Shown: positions 27,561 to 37,483 of the stretch, one piece after another | Layout of the letters: each line of letters starts with the position of its first letter | How positions within the stretch are numbered: position 1 is the stretch's first letter | Source: Alphaproteobacteria bacterium | GTDB taxonomy: Bacteria > Pseudomonadota > Alphaproteobacteria > Rs-D84 > CACZYB01 | Assembly (NCBI GenBank): GCA_051885355.1 | Contig: JBJEXC010000002.1 | Span: 10,496 to 74,495, forward strand | Reading direction: 5' to 3' | Length of the DNA stretch: 64,000 nucleotides | Position numbers and translations under genes: made by a program | Notes under the pieces: generated by a model | Seen by the model: the letters and a program-made list of their open reading frames with translations, nothing else | Databases searched by the model: none | What the model was told of the DNA's origin: nothing

Positions 27561-29996
27561 CTATTTAAAATTATCAAGATAGACTTCAACAAATTTGTTT
27601 CCGTGCAATTTTCTTAATTCTTCGGCAAGGAGAACAGCCTTTCTTCCACTGTTGAATAATTGTAGGTATGGACCAAGACCAGATAAATCTATGTTTAATA
27701 TTACAGATTCATCAATAGTTGGTTTGCGGAAAAGGATGGCATATTTTAAATCCTTGTAAATTTTGCCTTGAATAAATGCCATTTCCTTTGGTGTTAGGTT
27801 CCAACTGTCGTAATCTTCTGGTCTTGCCTGAACATTACGGAAGAATATTTGTGTTTGACATTGTCCGCGGATAACCTCACCAATACCTAATTTATCAAGG
27901 ACATTAGGTTGTTGGAATGCAGCAAGGTATGCTTGGCGTTTTTTACGACCTTCCTGTAGACCTATTACAAAATTGTTGCGGAATACTGGGTTTACAAGCA
28001 TAGGTGCAGTTTCATCAATTATGATTAAACTTGGAGCACCAGTTCTGCCAGTTATATTTTGAATGCGGTTCATAATGTAACTGACAACCGCTGGGGCGAG
28101 GGTTTCATCCTCAAAAATATAAGTAAAATCAAAAGTATTGAAGCGATTTGATAAATCCAAACTGTCGGCTTCGCTGTTAAATAAAAGTCCGTATTGATTA
28201 TCATCAACCCAACGGAAAAGTTCCCTTCTCATTTTACCAGCAGGGGAAAAGCAAGATTTGTAAAGGTTTTTAAGACTTCTTTTATTTGGTTCCAAATAAT
28301 CAAAAGAAGTTGTGATTGCGCGGGCTATTTCGGCTTCGCTATTTGCATCATCAACTTGAGTGATTTCTTTTAGCCAACGACGAAGGAAGGCGCGATTTTC
28401 TGGGGTATCATCTATACGGAAAGGGTTAAGGTGTGCGGTTGTGCCACCCTTTACAACATCCTTGTCCTTTGTATCGCCTTCGAAATTTATGTATGAACCG
28501 CCGGCTGCGTAAGTGAAAATTTCTGCGCCACGGTGGCGATCGAAAAAGAATACTCTTAAATCATCGAATCGCAAAGATTGTCCGGCAAGGAAAGAGTAAA
28601 GAGTTGTTTTACCTTGACCAGTTGGACCTATTGCCACTGTATGGGCTACGGCTGCGGGTTCATCGGATACATGAAATTCAAATTGATATGCGGTTCCTTG
28701 ATATGTTGGGAATATAGCAATAGGACCATTTCCCCAGTCGCATTTTGATAAACCCTCCGGTTGGTGTTCAAAATTAAAACTTGTTGCAACTGCGCGGGAT
28801 AGCATTTTATACATTCTTGGGTATTTATCATAGGTTGGGAATTGTGAGAACCAAGAACTTTGTGCAATCCAACCTTCGCGAACTGGTGTTAATCCGTAAA
28901 GTCGGCAAATTTTTTCAATTTCAAATACGGCTTCGTCCAGACCTTTGAAACTGTCGCTTGTGATGAAAAAAGTTTCTGCATAATTAACAAGGGTTTGGTG
29001 ATCTTCGTCATTTTGTTCTATTAATGCAAGGGCATCATCAAATTGGCGTAAAACATCGTAAGAGAAAGTGCTTGAACTTGCCATTCTTCGTTGATTTACC
29101 AAAATCATTTGTGCTTTCATTTTTGGAATAGGGAATAAGTTATGTAAAACTGTTATTTCATAGTTAAGGGCGAGAATATCGGAGAGCATTTGCTCATCAA
29201 CTGTATTTGATTGTTGCTTTATACCGACAACTGCCATATATTTTTCGCGACCTCCGGAACGAAAACGAATATATCCTTTGTTAGAAAAGAATATTTCATC
29301 GGATACCATAAGTTCAGAAATATTATCAAAAACTATGTTTTCAGATTTTGGGTTAGGGCGAGATATAGGGTTTATTATATGGGCGAAAAATGTAAGTGGG
29401 CTTTCGTTTATGCCATCTTCTTTTAAAATTTTTACACCGAAGTTGGAAAGAATTGCTTCTAAGTTACTTGATGCGGTATCTAAATCCTTTAGGGCATCCT
29501 TTCTGTCGTTGACAGATATGACAATGTAATGGGAGTTTTTGAAAATTTCCTTTTGTGCTTCGCTCCATTTTTCAGAAATTTCCTTTAATACTTTGTTATC
29601 GTTGTTTATAACCTTTTCTGTTTTGACCTTTTCACGAATTGTGAAAATACGGCTTTCAATACTTATTTCAGATAAAGAATCAATCCATTTTTTTCTTTCT
29701 TCAAGCAAAGATTGTATTGTTTCACGGCGGGCAAATGCTATGCTTGCACCATGAATTTTGAAAATACGAACTAAACTTCCGTTGGAGCAGAGTATAGTTT
29801 TTTTATCATCCAATAATTTTTCAAATGGAAGGTAGTCAATAAGTCTTGTATCATAAGGGCGTGGAAGAAATAAGTTTGATTTTTTTGATATTATTACAGT
29901 TATTATTATAGCAATGGCAATAATACCCAAAATCAATGATATTGTGTAAGTGTTTGATAAGTTCATAAGTAATATTTTTGATAAGTTAAAATTCAT
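27561..29996 (-). CDS. virB4: type IV secretion system ATPase VirB4
   Basis: 811 aa; Walker A GPTGQGKTT; CagE/TrbE/VirB4 family layout; follows virB3. Confidence 0.9.
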   Translation of the reverse strand: MNFNLSKILLMNLSNTYTISLILGIIAIAIIITVIISKKSNLFLPRPYDTRLIDYLPFEKLLDDKKTILCSNGSLVRIFKIHGASIAFARRETIQSLLEERKKWIDSLSEISIESRIFTIREKVKTEKVINNDNKVLKEISEKWSEAQKEIFKNSHYIVISVNDRKDALKDLDTASSNLEAILSNFGVKILKEDGINESPLTFFAHIINPISRPNPKSENIVFDNISELMVSDEIFFSNKGYIRFRSGGREKYMAVVGIKQQSNTVDEQMLSDILALNYEITVLHNLFPIPKMKAQMILVNQRRMASSSTFSYDVLRQFDDALALIEQNDEDHQTLVNYAETFFITSDSFKGLDEAVFEIEKICRLYGLTPVREGWIAQSSWFSQFPTYDKYPRMYKMLSRAVATSFNFEHQPEGLSKCDWGNGPIAIFPTYQGTAYQFEFHVSDEPAAVAHTVAIGPTGQGKTTLYSFLAGQSLRFDDLRVFFFDRHRGAEIFTYAAGGSYINFEGDTKDKDVVKGGTTAHLNPFRIDDTPENRAFLRRWLKEITQVDDANSEAEIARAITTSFDYLEPNKRSLKNLYKSCFSPAGKMRRELFRWVDDNQYGLLFNSEADSLDLSNRFNTFDFTYIFEDETLAPAVVSYIMNRIQNITGRTGAPSLIIIDETAPMLVNPVFRNNFVIGLQEGRKKRQAYLAAFQQPNVLDKLGIGEVIRGQCQTQIFFRNVQARPEDYDSWNLTPKEMAFIQGKIYKDLKYAILFRKPTIDESVILNIDLSGLGPYLQLFNSGRKAVLLAEELRKLHGNKFVEVYLDNFK

Positions 29997-30005
29997 TTAC
30001 TTTCC

Positions 30006-30299
30006 TTATGGTGCAAATTTGTTGCCATGTTCTTTTATTAAATTTTTTGTTTTTGCCTTTATGTTTGTTCTTGCACTTATTATATTGTCAATGTGGGGTT
30101 CTTTTTTTGCAAGAAGGATAAGTAATAAATGGATTATTACTATTTGTAACATAGGAATCCATATATAACCTATAAGTCTGAAGACTAAAAAAATCATTAT
30201 TTCAACTATACCAATGGTTAAGTTGAAAATGGATAGTCCAAATGGTGCAAATAAAATTAAACTTGGATATGCAATTGATTTTAAAAGTTCTTCTTTCAA
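30006..30299 (-). CDS. virB3: type IV secretion system protein VirB3
   Basis: 97 aa, two TM helices, immediately upstream of virB4. Confidence 0.7.
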   Translation of the reverse strand: MKEELLKSIAYPSLILFAPFGLSIFNLTIGIVEIMIFLVFRLIGYIWIPMLQIVIIHLLLILLAKKEPHIDNIISARTNIKAKTKNLIKEHGNKFAP

Positions 30300-30367
30300 T
30301 ATTCCCCCCTAAATACTTATAGTAAATTTTATATGAAAAGCCTTTAAAATACAAGTAAAAATTCTAT

Positions 30368-30775
30368 TTATTTCTTGTTTTTACCAAGGCCCGTTTTTTT
30401 TGCCAGTGTGCTTCTTTTTTTTGCATAATTTGGGGCAATCATAGGATAATCAGATGGCAAGGACCATTTTTCCCTGTAATCTTTATCGCTCATATTGTAT
30501 TTTGTTTTTAAATAGCGTTTTAGCATTTTTAATTTTTTGCCGTCTTCTAAACATACTATGTATTCTGGATGGATAGAATCTTTTATATCGACAGATGGTT
30601 TAAAAGTGTAAGAAGAGGTTTTATCGGTAATTGAAATAAGGTTTGAATAAACACTTTCTATTAATTCCGCTATATTATTTTTTTCAATGGAATTATTTGA
30701 AATATAACTGCTTACTATTTGTGAAGTTGCTGATATTATTGAAAGTTGAAGATTTTCAGATATATTTTTTTTCAT
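30368..30775 (-). CDS. mucR: Ros/MucR family transcriptional regulator (zinc-ligand-deficient variant)
   Basis: The C-terminal half aligns with the Ros/MucR zinc-finger region (IVCLEDGKKLKMLKRYLKTKYNMSDKDYREKW…PMIAPNYAKKRSTLAKKTGLG). The second Cys and both His ligands are replaced by D, Y and Y. Confidence 0.75.
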   Translation of the reverse strand: MKKNISENLQLSIISATSQIVSSYISNNSIEKNNIAELIESVYSNLISITDKTSSYTFKPSVDIKDSIHPEYIVCLEDGKKLKMLKRYLKTKYNMSDKDYREKWSLPSDYPMIAPNYAKKRSTLAKKTGLGKNKK

Positions 30776-30861
30776 TTTATAACCTTTAGTTTTTAATTTT
30801 TTCTCTTGTATTATATCAAAAATTGAGGTAAAAGTAAAAGGTAAAATAATTATAAGAGGAA

Positions 30862-32133
30862 ATGATGTTTTTTGAAAATTTCTTTAATAAATTTAGTTTT
30901 GATATTCTTCCAACTCTTCCAATAGATATTTCTTTTAAAGGATTTATGTTATTGTTTTTATTTGTGTTTTTGCCTTCGTATATTGTTTATGCAAAGCAAT
31001 CGTTACAAAGGAAGATTATTTATTTATTTGATGTTTTAGATTTTTTTCTTTTTTACATTTGTATTTTTGTAAAAATTGAAGATTTTCATTTTGATAGGGG
31101 GCATTTGACTGTATTTGCAAAAACTTTGTATGTGCTTTTGTTTATTGGGGCGATTTTAGATGCGGAGGATAAAAAGTCGTATCCATATAGAAAGAAAAGT
31201 TTTTTTAAAAAGTATATTCAACATCCGCTTGAATCCTTTGCTTCACATTTTTTATATTTAATTTTTAAAATACTTCCTGTTGAGTGGGCGTCAGCATTAG
31301 GTGGTTTTTTAGGAAGAATGTTAGGGCATACACAAAGAGGGTATAATCAATTGATGGATGCAAATTTGAATATTGCTTTTCCAAGGAAAAAGGCTTCTGA
31401 TAAGGCTAAGATTAAAAAAGAGGTTTGGGATATGATGGGTAGGTATGTAAGTGAGCCTGCACATTTTAAGTATATATATAGAAATTATAAGAAATATTTA
31501 ACTTTTGAAAATGATGAAATTTTGGAAAAGTTGAAAGGGAAGCCATTTATTGCATTTATTACTCATTGTGGTAGTGTTGGGCTTATTTCTATACCGTTTG
31601 CCCTTCATCATGCAGATTGTTCTATTATTTACAAATATCCAAGTAATAATTTGACTAATAACCTTGTTACAAAATCGTTTGGAAATGGTATAGGGAATTT
31701 GAAGTTTATACCTAATACCTCTAATGGAACAAAAGATGCGATGAAGATACTTTCTTCTGGTGGGGCGATTTTGGCTGTGCCAGATCAAAAATTTATGACT
31801 GGTATTGATACAAAATTTTTTGGAGCAAAGGTGAAAAGTCCTGTTGGTGTGGCAAAACTTGCTTGTCATTTCAATTGTCCTATACTTCCTGTGCAACTTG
31901 TAAGAGAAAAGGGTGTTAAGCATAAAATTATTTTCCATGATACTTTTATGCCTTATAAATCTAAAAATAAAGAGGAAGATGCTGTAAAAACTATGCAAAA
32001 GGTGAATGATGTTATTGAAGGTTGGATTAAGCAAAATCCGTCTCAATGGTTTTGGGTTCATGATAGATGGTTTATTAAACATATTTTAAAAGCAAAAGGA
32101 GTAAAGAAAAATGCAACAAAAAACAATAAGTAG
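30862..32133 (+). CDS. lpxL: lipid A biosynthesis (Kdo2-lipid IVA) acyltransferase, LpxL/HtrB family, with extended hydrophobic N-terminus
   Basis: The C-terminal ~290 aa resemble LpxL-family acyltransferases. The N-terminal ~130 aa are polytopic. Immediately upstream of lpxC. Confidence 0.5.
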   Translation: MMFFENFFNKFSFDILPTLPIDISFKGFMLLFLFVFLPSYIVYAKQSLQRKIIYLFDVLDFFLFYICIFVKIEDFHFDRGHLTVFAKTLYVLLFIGAILDAEDKKSYPYRKKSFFKKYIQHPLESFASHFLYLIFKILPVEWASALGGFLGRMLGHTQRGYNQLMDANLNIAFPRKKASDKAKIKKEVWDMMGRYVSEPAHFKYIYRNYKKYLTFENDEILEKLKGKPFIAFITHCGSVGLISIPFALHHADCSIIYKYPSNNLTNNLVTKSFGNGIGNLKFIPNTSNGTKDAMKILSSGGAILAVPDQKFMTGIDTKFFGAKVKSPVGVAKLACHFNCPILPVQLVREKGVKHKIIFHDTFMPYKSKNKEEDAVKTMQKVNDVIEGWIKQNPSQWFWVHDRWFIKHILKAKGVKKNATKNNK

Positions 32134-32962
32134 AGAAATTGTTATTTCTGGAATTGGGCAACATAAGGGAACTGAAAATACTATTGTTTTAAAGCCTGCA
32201 GATGTTGATACTGGTATTGTCTTTAAAGTGAAAGGAAAAGAATATCCTTATAATATTAAAAATGTTTTTGGGGAAACCGGATATACTTGTGTTGGTGAAA
32301 AAGATGGTAATAATTTGAAAACTGTGGAACATCTTATTTCTACACTTAATGGACTTGGTGTTGATAATTTGATTATTGAAACAGATTCAGAGGAAGTTCC
32401 TATATGTGATGGGTCGTCAGTAAAATTTGTAGAAGAAATTGAAAAAGCCGGCTTGAAAGAGCAAAATGCTCCTAAAAAGGCGATAAAAATTTTGAAAAAA
32501 GTAACTTATACTGATGAAAAGGGTGATGTGTCGATAGAGCCATCAGAGAATAAAACTCTTACCCTTGATGTAATGATTGATTATAGTGGGGTAAAGCCTA
32601 TTGGTATTCAAAAGATAAAAATTGATTTGAATGAGGATAATTATAAAAATCTTATCAGTCCTGCACGAACATATGCAAGAATGAGTGATGTGGAATATCT
32701 TCATTCTAAGGGTTTATGTTTAGGGGCTACACTTAAAAGTGGAATTGCAGTAGATGAGGAAAAAGTTATAAATCCTGAAGGTTTGAGATTTGAAGATGAA
32801 TTTGTAAGGCATAAAGTTTTGGATGCAGTTGGTGATTTATATCTTCTTGGTCATTACATAATTGGTTATTATAAAAATAGTAAGGGTGGGCATTTCCACA
32901 ATAATCAGTTAGTAAGGGCTGTGTTATCTGATAAATCTAATTATGAAATAGTTGAGATTTAA
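32111..32962 (+). CDS. lpxC: UDP-3-O-acyl-N-acetylglucosamine deacetylase
   Basis: 283 aa; LpxC-typical N-terminus (TISREIVISGIGQHKGTENTIVLKPA…) and HKVLDAVGDLYLLG motif. Confidence 0.85.
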   Translation: MQQKTISREIVISGIGQHKGTENTIVLKPADVDTGIVFKVKGKEYPYNIKNVFGETGYTCVGEKDGNNLKTVEHLISTLNGLGVDNLIIETDSEEVPICDGSSVKFVEEIEKAGLKEQNAPKKAIKILKKVTYTDEKGDVSIEPSENKTLTLDVMIDYSGVKPIGIQKIKIDLNEDNYKNLISPARTYARMSDVEYLHSKGLCLGATLKSGIAVDEEKVINPEGLRFEDEFVRHKVLDAVGDLYLLGHYIIGYYKNSKGGHFHNNQLVRAVLSDKSNYEIVEI

Positions 32963-33440
32963 TATGATTATTATGGGGATTGATCCAGGGTTAAGGTTTA
33001 ATGGCTATGGTGTAGTAGAATATAACTCTGGCAATTTTAAGCATATTGCAAATGGGACTTTTAAAACAAATGAAAAGTTAAGTTTGGCGGAAAGGCTTTC
33101 ACAAATTTATTATAATTTGGAAGATATACTTAAAACTTATAAACCTGATGAGGTAGCGGTGGAGGAAGTATTTGTTAATGTAAATCCTTCGTCTACTTTA
33201 AAATTAGGGCAAGCAAGGGGAGTTGCGATTTTGACTCCTTCGCTTTTGGGGATACCTGTGTTTGAATATTCGCCTAATCTTATCAAAAAATCGGTGGTTG
33301 GTGTTGGTCATGCTGGAAAGGAACAAATACAGATGATGGTGAAGTTGTTGCTTTCTAATCCTAAGATAGATAGTGAGCATAGTGGTGATGCGCTTGCTAT
33401 GGCTATATGTCATGCTAATCACAGAAATTCCTTTAAATAA
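32952..33440 (+). CDS. ruvC: crossover junction endodeoxyribonuclease RuvC
   Basis: IMGIDPGLRFNGYGVVE… RNase H-like fold N-terminus and catalytic acidic residues; 162 aa. Confidence 0.85.
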   Translation: MRFNMIIMGIDPGLRFNGYGVVEYNSGNFKHIANGTFKTNEKLSLAERLSQIYYNLEDILKTYKPDEVAVEEVFVNVNPSSTLKLGQARGVAILTPSLLGIPVFEYSPNLIKKSVVGVGHAGKEQIQMMVKLLLSNPKIDSEHSGDALAMAICHANHRNSFK

Positions 33441-33589
33441 ACGAATTTTTTATTTTTAGGATTTTATACTTGATTTTCTTTTTTTATAGTATTATATTGA
33501 TAAATGTAAGAAAGCAAACTAAATTGGTTTGTGCCGACTTTCTTACTTTCTTTGTGTTAAAAAAGTCTATATATTTTTATATAGGCTTT

Positions 33590-34105
33590 TTATTTTCTTA
33601 AATATATATAAAAAGCACCATCGTTTTTTGTTTTGTATGGAGCATATTCAACATAAAGAATCATTTGATTTATGTCAGGAGAATTTATCCATTTTGTAAA
33701 TTCGCGACGGATTGTGCCAGTTTGTTTTTCTGGATTGCCTCTGCCTGTGATTACAAGTAAAGTTCGTTTATGTAAAAGATAGTTTTTCGTTATGAATTGT
33801 ATGAAAGTTTCATAAGCGGATTGTAGGGTAAATCCATGTAAATCAAGTGTAGAATCCGGCTTTTTTGTTTCATTTTTGATTTTTTTCTGTATTGTTTTAT
33901 CAATGCGGGAAGTATCGGATATAGATAAATCTTTTTCAAATATATAGCGGTGAGGTTTTGGCTTTATATCCTCCGGTGTAATAAATGAAATTTCAATATC
34001 GTTTTGTTTTTTTACCTGTTTTGATGTAGGAATGGATAAATTCCCCTTTGTTTTGGATTTAAGGGGTTTTATTGATGATATTATTTCTTCCCATAGTTTA
34101 TTCAT
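33590..34105 (-). CDS. Smr-domain protein
   Basis: C-terminal LDLHGFTLQSAYETF…LLVITGRG Smr motif. Confidence 0.65.
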   Translation of the reverse strand: MNKLWEEIISSIKPLKSKTKGNLSIPTSKQVKKQNDIEISFITPEDIKPKPHRYIFEKDLSISDTSRIDKTIQKKIKNETKKPDSTLDLHGFTLQSAYETFIQFITKNYLLHKRTLLVITGRGNPEKQTGTIRREFTKWINSPDINQMILYVEYAPYKTKNDGAFYIYLRK

Positions 34106-34137
34106 AAGGTTAATATACTTTGTTTGTGGGGTAAAAG

Positions 34138-34169
34138 CAAATAAAAATCCCTACCGCTGGGATAGGGAT
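34138..34169 (-). terminator. rho-independent terminator downstream of dnaN (minus strand)
   Basis: atcccta…tagggat 7-bp stem; on the minus strand it is followed by a T-run (plus-strand A-run at 34143-34147). Confidence 0.45.
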
Positions 34170-34189
34170 TAGTTTTTAATATGATTTAA

Positions 34190-35311
34190 TTATATTCTCA
34201 TAGGCATAAGAACATAGATTGCAGATGTGTCATCAAGTTCTGTTATTATTGCAGGTGATGAGCCATCAGAAATCATAAATTTCATAAATTTGCCTTCTAT
34301 CTGTGATGCAATATCAAGTAGGTATTTGGAGTTAAATCCAATTTCCATTGCATCGCTGTCGTATACAACTTCTAAATCTTCGAATGCACTACCTGAATCT
34401 GGGGTTGATGCAAGAAGAGTTAATTTTGATTTTGAAAGTTTAAGTTTGATAGCCTTTGATTTTTCATAAGCAACAGATGATACACGGTCAACTGCCTCTG
34501 AGAAAAGTTTGCAATCTACTTCCATTGCTTTGTCATTTGATGTTGGAATAACCTTTTCATAATCAGGGAATTTTCCATCAATAAGTTTTGAAGTGATTGT
34601 TGTTCCGCTGAAAGAAAATCTTGCCTTTGTTTCGCTTATTTCAACATTGATATCTGATGATGTATCTTCAAGAAGAGCACGAAGTTCAGTTACAACTTTT
34701 CTTGGGATAATGATGCTTGGCATACCCTTTGCACCTTCTGGACTTAGAACATCTTGACGAGCAAGACGATGACCATCAGTTGCAACAGCACGAAGAAGTT
34801 CCTTGCCGTCCTTTTCTAATGTATGGAAGAAGATACCGTTTAAGAAGTAGCGAGTTTCTTCTGTGGATACAGCGAATTTTGTTTTATCAATAAGTTTTAT
34901 TAAATCATCGCATGGAAGTGTGAATTTGAATGGCATTGATGAACTGTTCATTAATGGGAAATCATCAACTGGAAGGGATGGAAGTGTAAATTCTGAATTT
35001 CCAGCCTTTATTACAACCTTTGCATTATCAGATGATGTTTTAAGTTCAATGTTTCCCTCTGGAAGTTTACGAACTATATCATATAAGATATGTGCAGGGA
35101 TTGTTGTTGAACCCTTTTCGTTTATAGTTGCCTCTAAAACCTCGATAATTTCCAAATCTATATTTGTAGCAGTGAATTTTAGGTTATCGCCCGCTTCTAT
35201 TTTAATATTTGAAAGAACAGGAATTGTAGATTTTTTTTCAACAATTCTGTATAAGTGAGAAAGAGTTTTTGATAGGTTTGCTTTTTCAATAGTAATATAC
35301 ATTTTTTTCAT
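34190..35311 (-). CDS. dnaN: DNA polymerase III subunit beta (sliding clamp)
   Basis: 373 aa; three-domain clamp-like sequence. Confidence 0.85.
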   Translation of the reverse strand: MKKMYITIEKANLSKTLSHLYRIVEKKSTIPVLSNIKIEAGDNLKFTATNIDLEIIEVLEATINEKGSTTIPAHILYDIVRKLPEGNIELKTSSDNAKVVIKAGNSEFTLPSLPVDDFPLMNSSSMPFKFTLPCDDLIKLIDKTKFAVSTEETRYFLNGIFFHTLEKDGKELLRAVATDGHRLARQDVLSPEGAKGMPSIIIPRKVVTELRALLEDTSSDINVEISETKARFSFSGTTITSKLIDGKFPDYEKVIPTSNDKAMEVDCKLFSEAVDRVSSVAYEKSKAIKLKLSKSKLTLLASTPDSGSAFEDLEVVYDSDAMEIGFNSKYLLDIASQIEGKFMKFMISDGSSPAIITELDDTSAIYVLMPMRI

Positions 35312-35422
35312 CTCCTTTATTTATAATTTAAGTTTATTCTAGTCCATAAAGGATTATAAAAGCAAGTAAATTTTTATAATATTTTTGATATTAAAAAAGG
35401 CCCCGTTAGGAGCCCTTTGTTT

Positions 35423-36724
35423 TTATTTTTTAGGTTTTGTAAATTCCGTAGATGGAACTTCTTTTTCCTTTGTTTTTACTTTTGAAAGAAGTAGGTCGAG
35501 AACCTTTTCTTCAAAGATATTTGCACGAATTGCTTCTGCTGCAGATTGATTTTTTTGATAGTATTCAAAAATTTGACCTGCTTGTTGAGGATATTTCATA
35601 GCCTCTGCCATAATTGCTTGTTGTATATCGTTTTGGGTGATTTCGATTTTTTCCTTTTTACCAATATCAGCAATTATTAAACCAAGTTTTACACGGCTTT
35701 CGGCTTGTTTCTTTAATTCATCTTTTTTCTTTTTTTCAGCCTTTTCATCCAATTTTTCTGATGTTGTGTGTTGGAATTGATGGAACATATATTCTACTTC
35801 TTGATTTATAAGTGATTCTGGAAGTTCAATTTTTTCATCAGATAATTTTTCAAGAAGTTCGTCCTTCATCATATTTTTTGATGCAGTTTCAAAATTTTGT
35901 TCCAATAGTTCCTTTACATAAGATTTAAGGTCTGCTAAATCCTTTCTTTTTAATTCAACAGCAAAAGCATCATTGATTTCAGGGATTTTCTTTTCCTTTA
36001 TATCATTGATTTTTACTTTGAATACGGCTGGTTTTCCAGCAAGTTTGTCGTGTCCGTAATCCTTTGGAAATTCAACATTAACATCAAAAGAATCGCCCTT
36101 TGAATGACCTATTACTTGATCTTCGAATCCTGGGATGAAAGTGTTAGAGCCAAGTTCAAGTGGGTAATTTTCACCTTTACCACCTTCAAATGGTTTGCCA
36201 CCTTCGAATCCTTCAAAATCAATAACAGCGATGTCGCCAGATTTTGTTTTTCTTTCTGTTTTGATAGATTCTGTTGTGTATCTTGATTTTGCGATGTTTT
36301 CAATGGATTCATCAATTTCTTTATCAGTTGCATGTGCAACCTTTTTTTCAAGAGTGATTTTTGAAAAATCTATATCTTTTATAATAGGGAGTATTTCAAA
36401 ATCAGCAGAAAATTTTAATGGTTCGTTACGAACAAAACTGTCAACCTTTACATTTGGTTGAATTGCTGGTGTGATTTTATGCTCTTTGCAATAATTAGAA
36501 AGAGTTTCATTTATAAGGGTGTTTATAACATCACCAATGAAATGACCTTCGTATTTTTGCTTGATTACTTCCATAGGAACATGTCCAGGGCGGAAACCCT
36601 TTTCCTTATGTGTTTTTGCAAATTCGGTTAATTGTTCGTTTAATTTTGTTTCAAATTCCTCAGTTGGGATTTCAAAAGATAGTTCGTATTTAATTCCTTT
36701 TATTTTTTCTTTTGTTGGTTGCAT
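35423..36724 (-). CDS. tig: trigger factor
   Basis: 433 aa; N-terminal ribosome-binding region and a central FKBP-like PPIase region (…FEGGKPFEGGKGENY…). Confidence 0.9.
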   Translation of the reverse strand: MQPTKEKIKGIKYELSFEIPTEEFETKLNEQLTEFAKTHKEKGFRPGHVPMEVIKQKYEGHFIGDVINTLINETLSNYCKEHKITPAIQPNVKVDSFVRNEPLKFSADFEILPIIKDIDFSKITLEKKVAHATDKEIDESIENIAKSRYTTESIKTERKTKSGDIAVIDFEGFEGGKPFEGGKGENYPLELGSNTFIPGFEDQVIGHSKGDSFDVNVEFPKDYGHDKLAGKPAVFKVKINDIKEKKIPEINDAFAVELKRKDLADLKSYVKELLEQNFETASKNMMKDELLEKLSDEKIELPESLINQEVEYMFHQFQHTTSEKLDEKAEKKKKDELKKQAESRVKLGLIIADIGKKEKIEITQNDIQQAIMAEAMKYPQQAGQIFEYYQKNQSAAEAIRANIFEEKVLDLLLSKVKTKEKEVPSTEFTKPKK

Positions 36725-36754
36725 TTTAATATCCTTTGATTGATTAAGTTAGTT

Positions 36755-36838
<84 letters not shown>

Positions 36839-36946
36839 ATAATTGTTAATAATATATGAGTGTTTATATCACAAAAAAAAATAAAATCCATAAAAAAATT
36901 AAAATTTTGAAAAAAGTATGTTATAATGTTTTGCTAGGAGATAGAG

Positions 36947-37420
36947 ATGAAAATATTTTTGTGTTTATTTATGCTTTTTAGTTTTAATGCCTTTGCACAG
37001 GAAAGCCGGTTTTCGGGAAAAGAGTTACCTAGGTTTTCCGCATTAAGGAGTAACAGTGTTAATGCGAGAGTTGGTCCAAATGTTAAATATCCATTGAAAT
37101 ATGTATATGTGAAAAAATTTCTGCCTGTGGTAGTGGTAAATGAATATTATGGTTGGTATCAGATAAGGGATATTACCGGTGATTTGTCTTGGGTGTATAG
37201 GGATAATTTTACATCAAAGGATTATGCTATGGTAAAAAGCAATAATGTAGCCTTGTATAAAAAAGCAAAACTTACTTCAAAGATTTTAGCAAAGATTGAT
37301 AAGGGTATAATATTCCTTGTTGATAAATGTGAAGGAAAGTTTTGTAAAGTAAAAACAAATTATAATGAGAAAAAATTTGAAGGTTATATTTTAAAAAGTG
37401 AGTTATATGGTGTAAATTGA
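36947..37420 (+). CDS. secreted SH3b-domain protein
   Basis: Signal peptide plus a bacterial SH3-like region (…ARVGPNVKYPLKYVY…GWYQIRD…). Confidence 0.5.
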   Translation: MKIFLCLFMLFSFNAFAQESRFSGKELPRFSALRSNSVNARVGPNVKYPLKYVYVKKFLPVVVVNEYYGWYQIRDITGDLSWVYRDNFTSKDYAMVKSNNVALYKKAKLTSKILAKIDKGIIFLVDKCEGKFCKVKTNYNEKKFEGYILKSELYGVN

Positions 37421-37483
37421 TATTGTAAAAAAGGTTTAAATAGTGTATTATTAAAGTAATATTTTATAACAAAAGGAAACAAA

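Noticed and set aside
33545-33592. AT-only hairpin (ctatata-tttt-tatatag) between ruvC and the Smr gene as a terminator
   Set aside because: The stem is entirely A/T, so it is too weak to call confidently.
36839-36946. Extended -10 (TGTTATAAT) upstream of the SH3 gene as a promoter
   Set aside because: There is no acceptable -35 at 16-18 bp spacing, so it is left uncalled.
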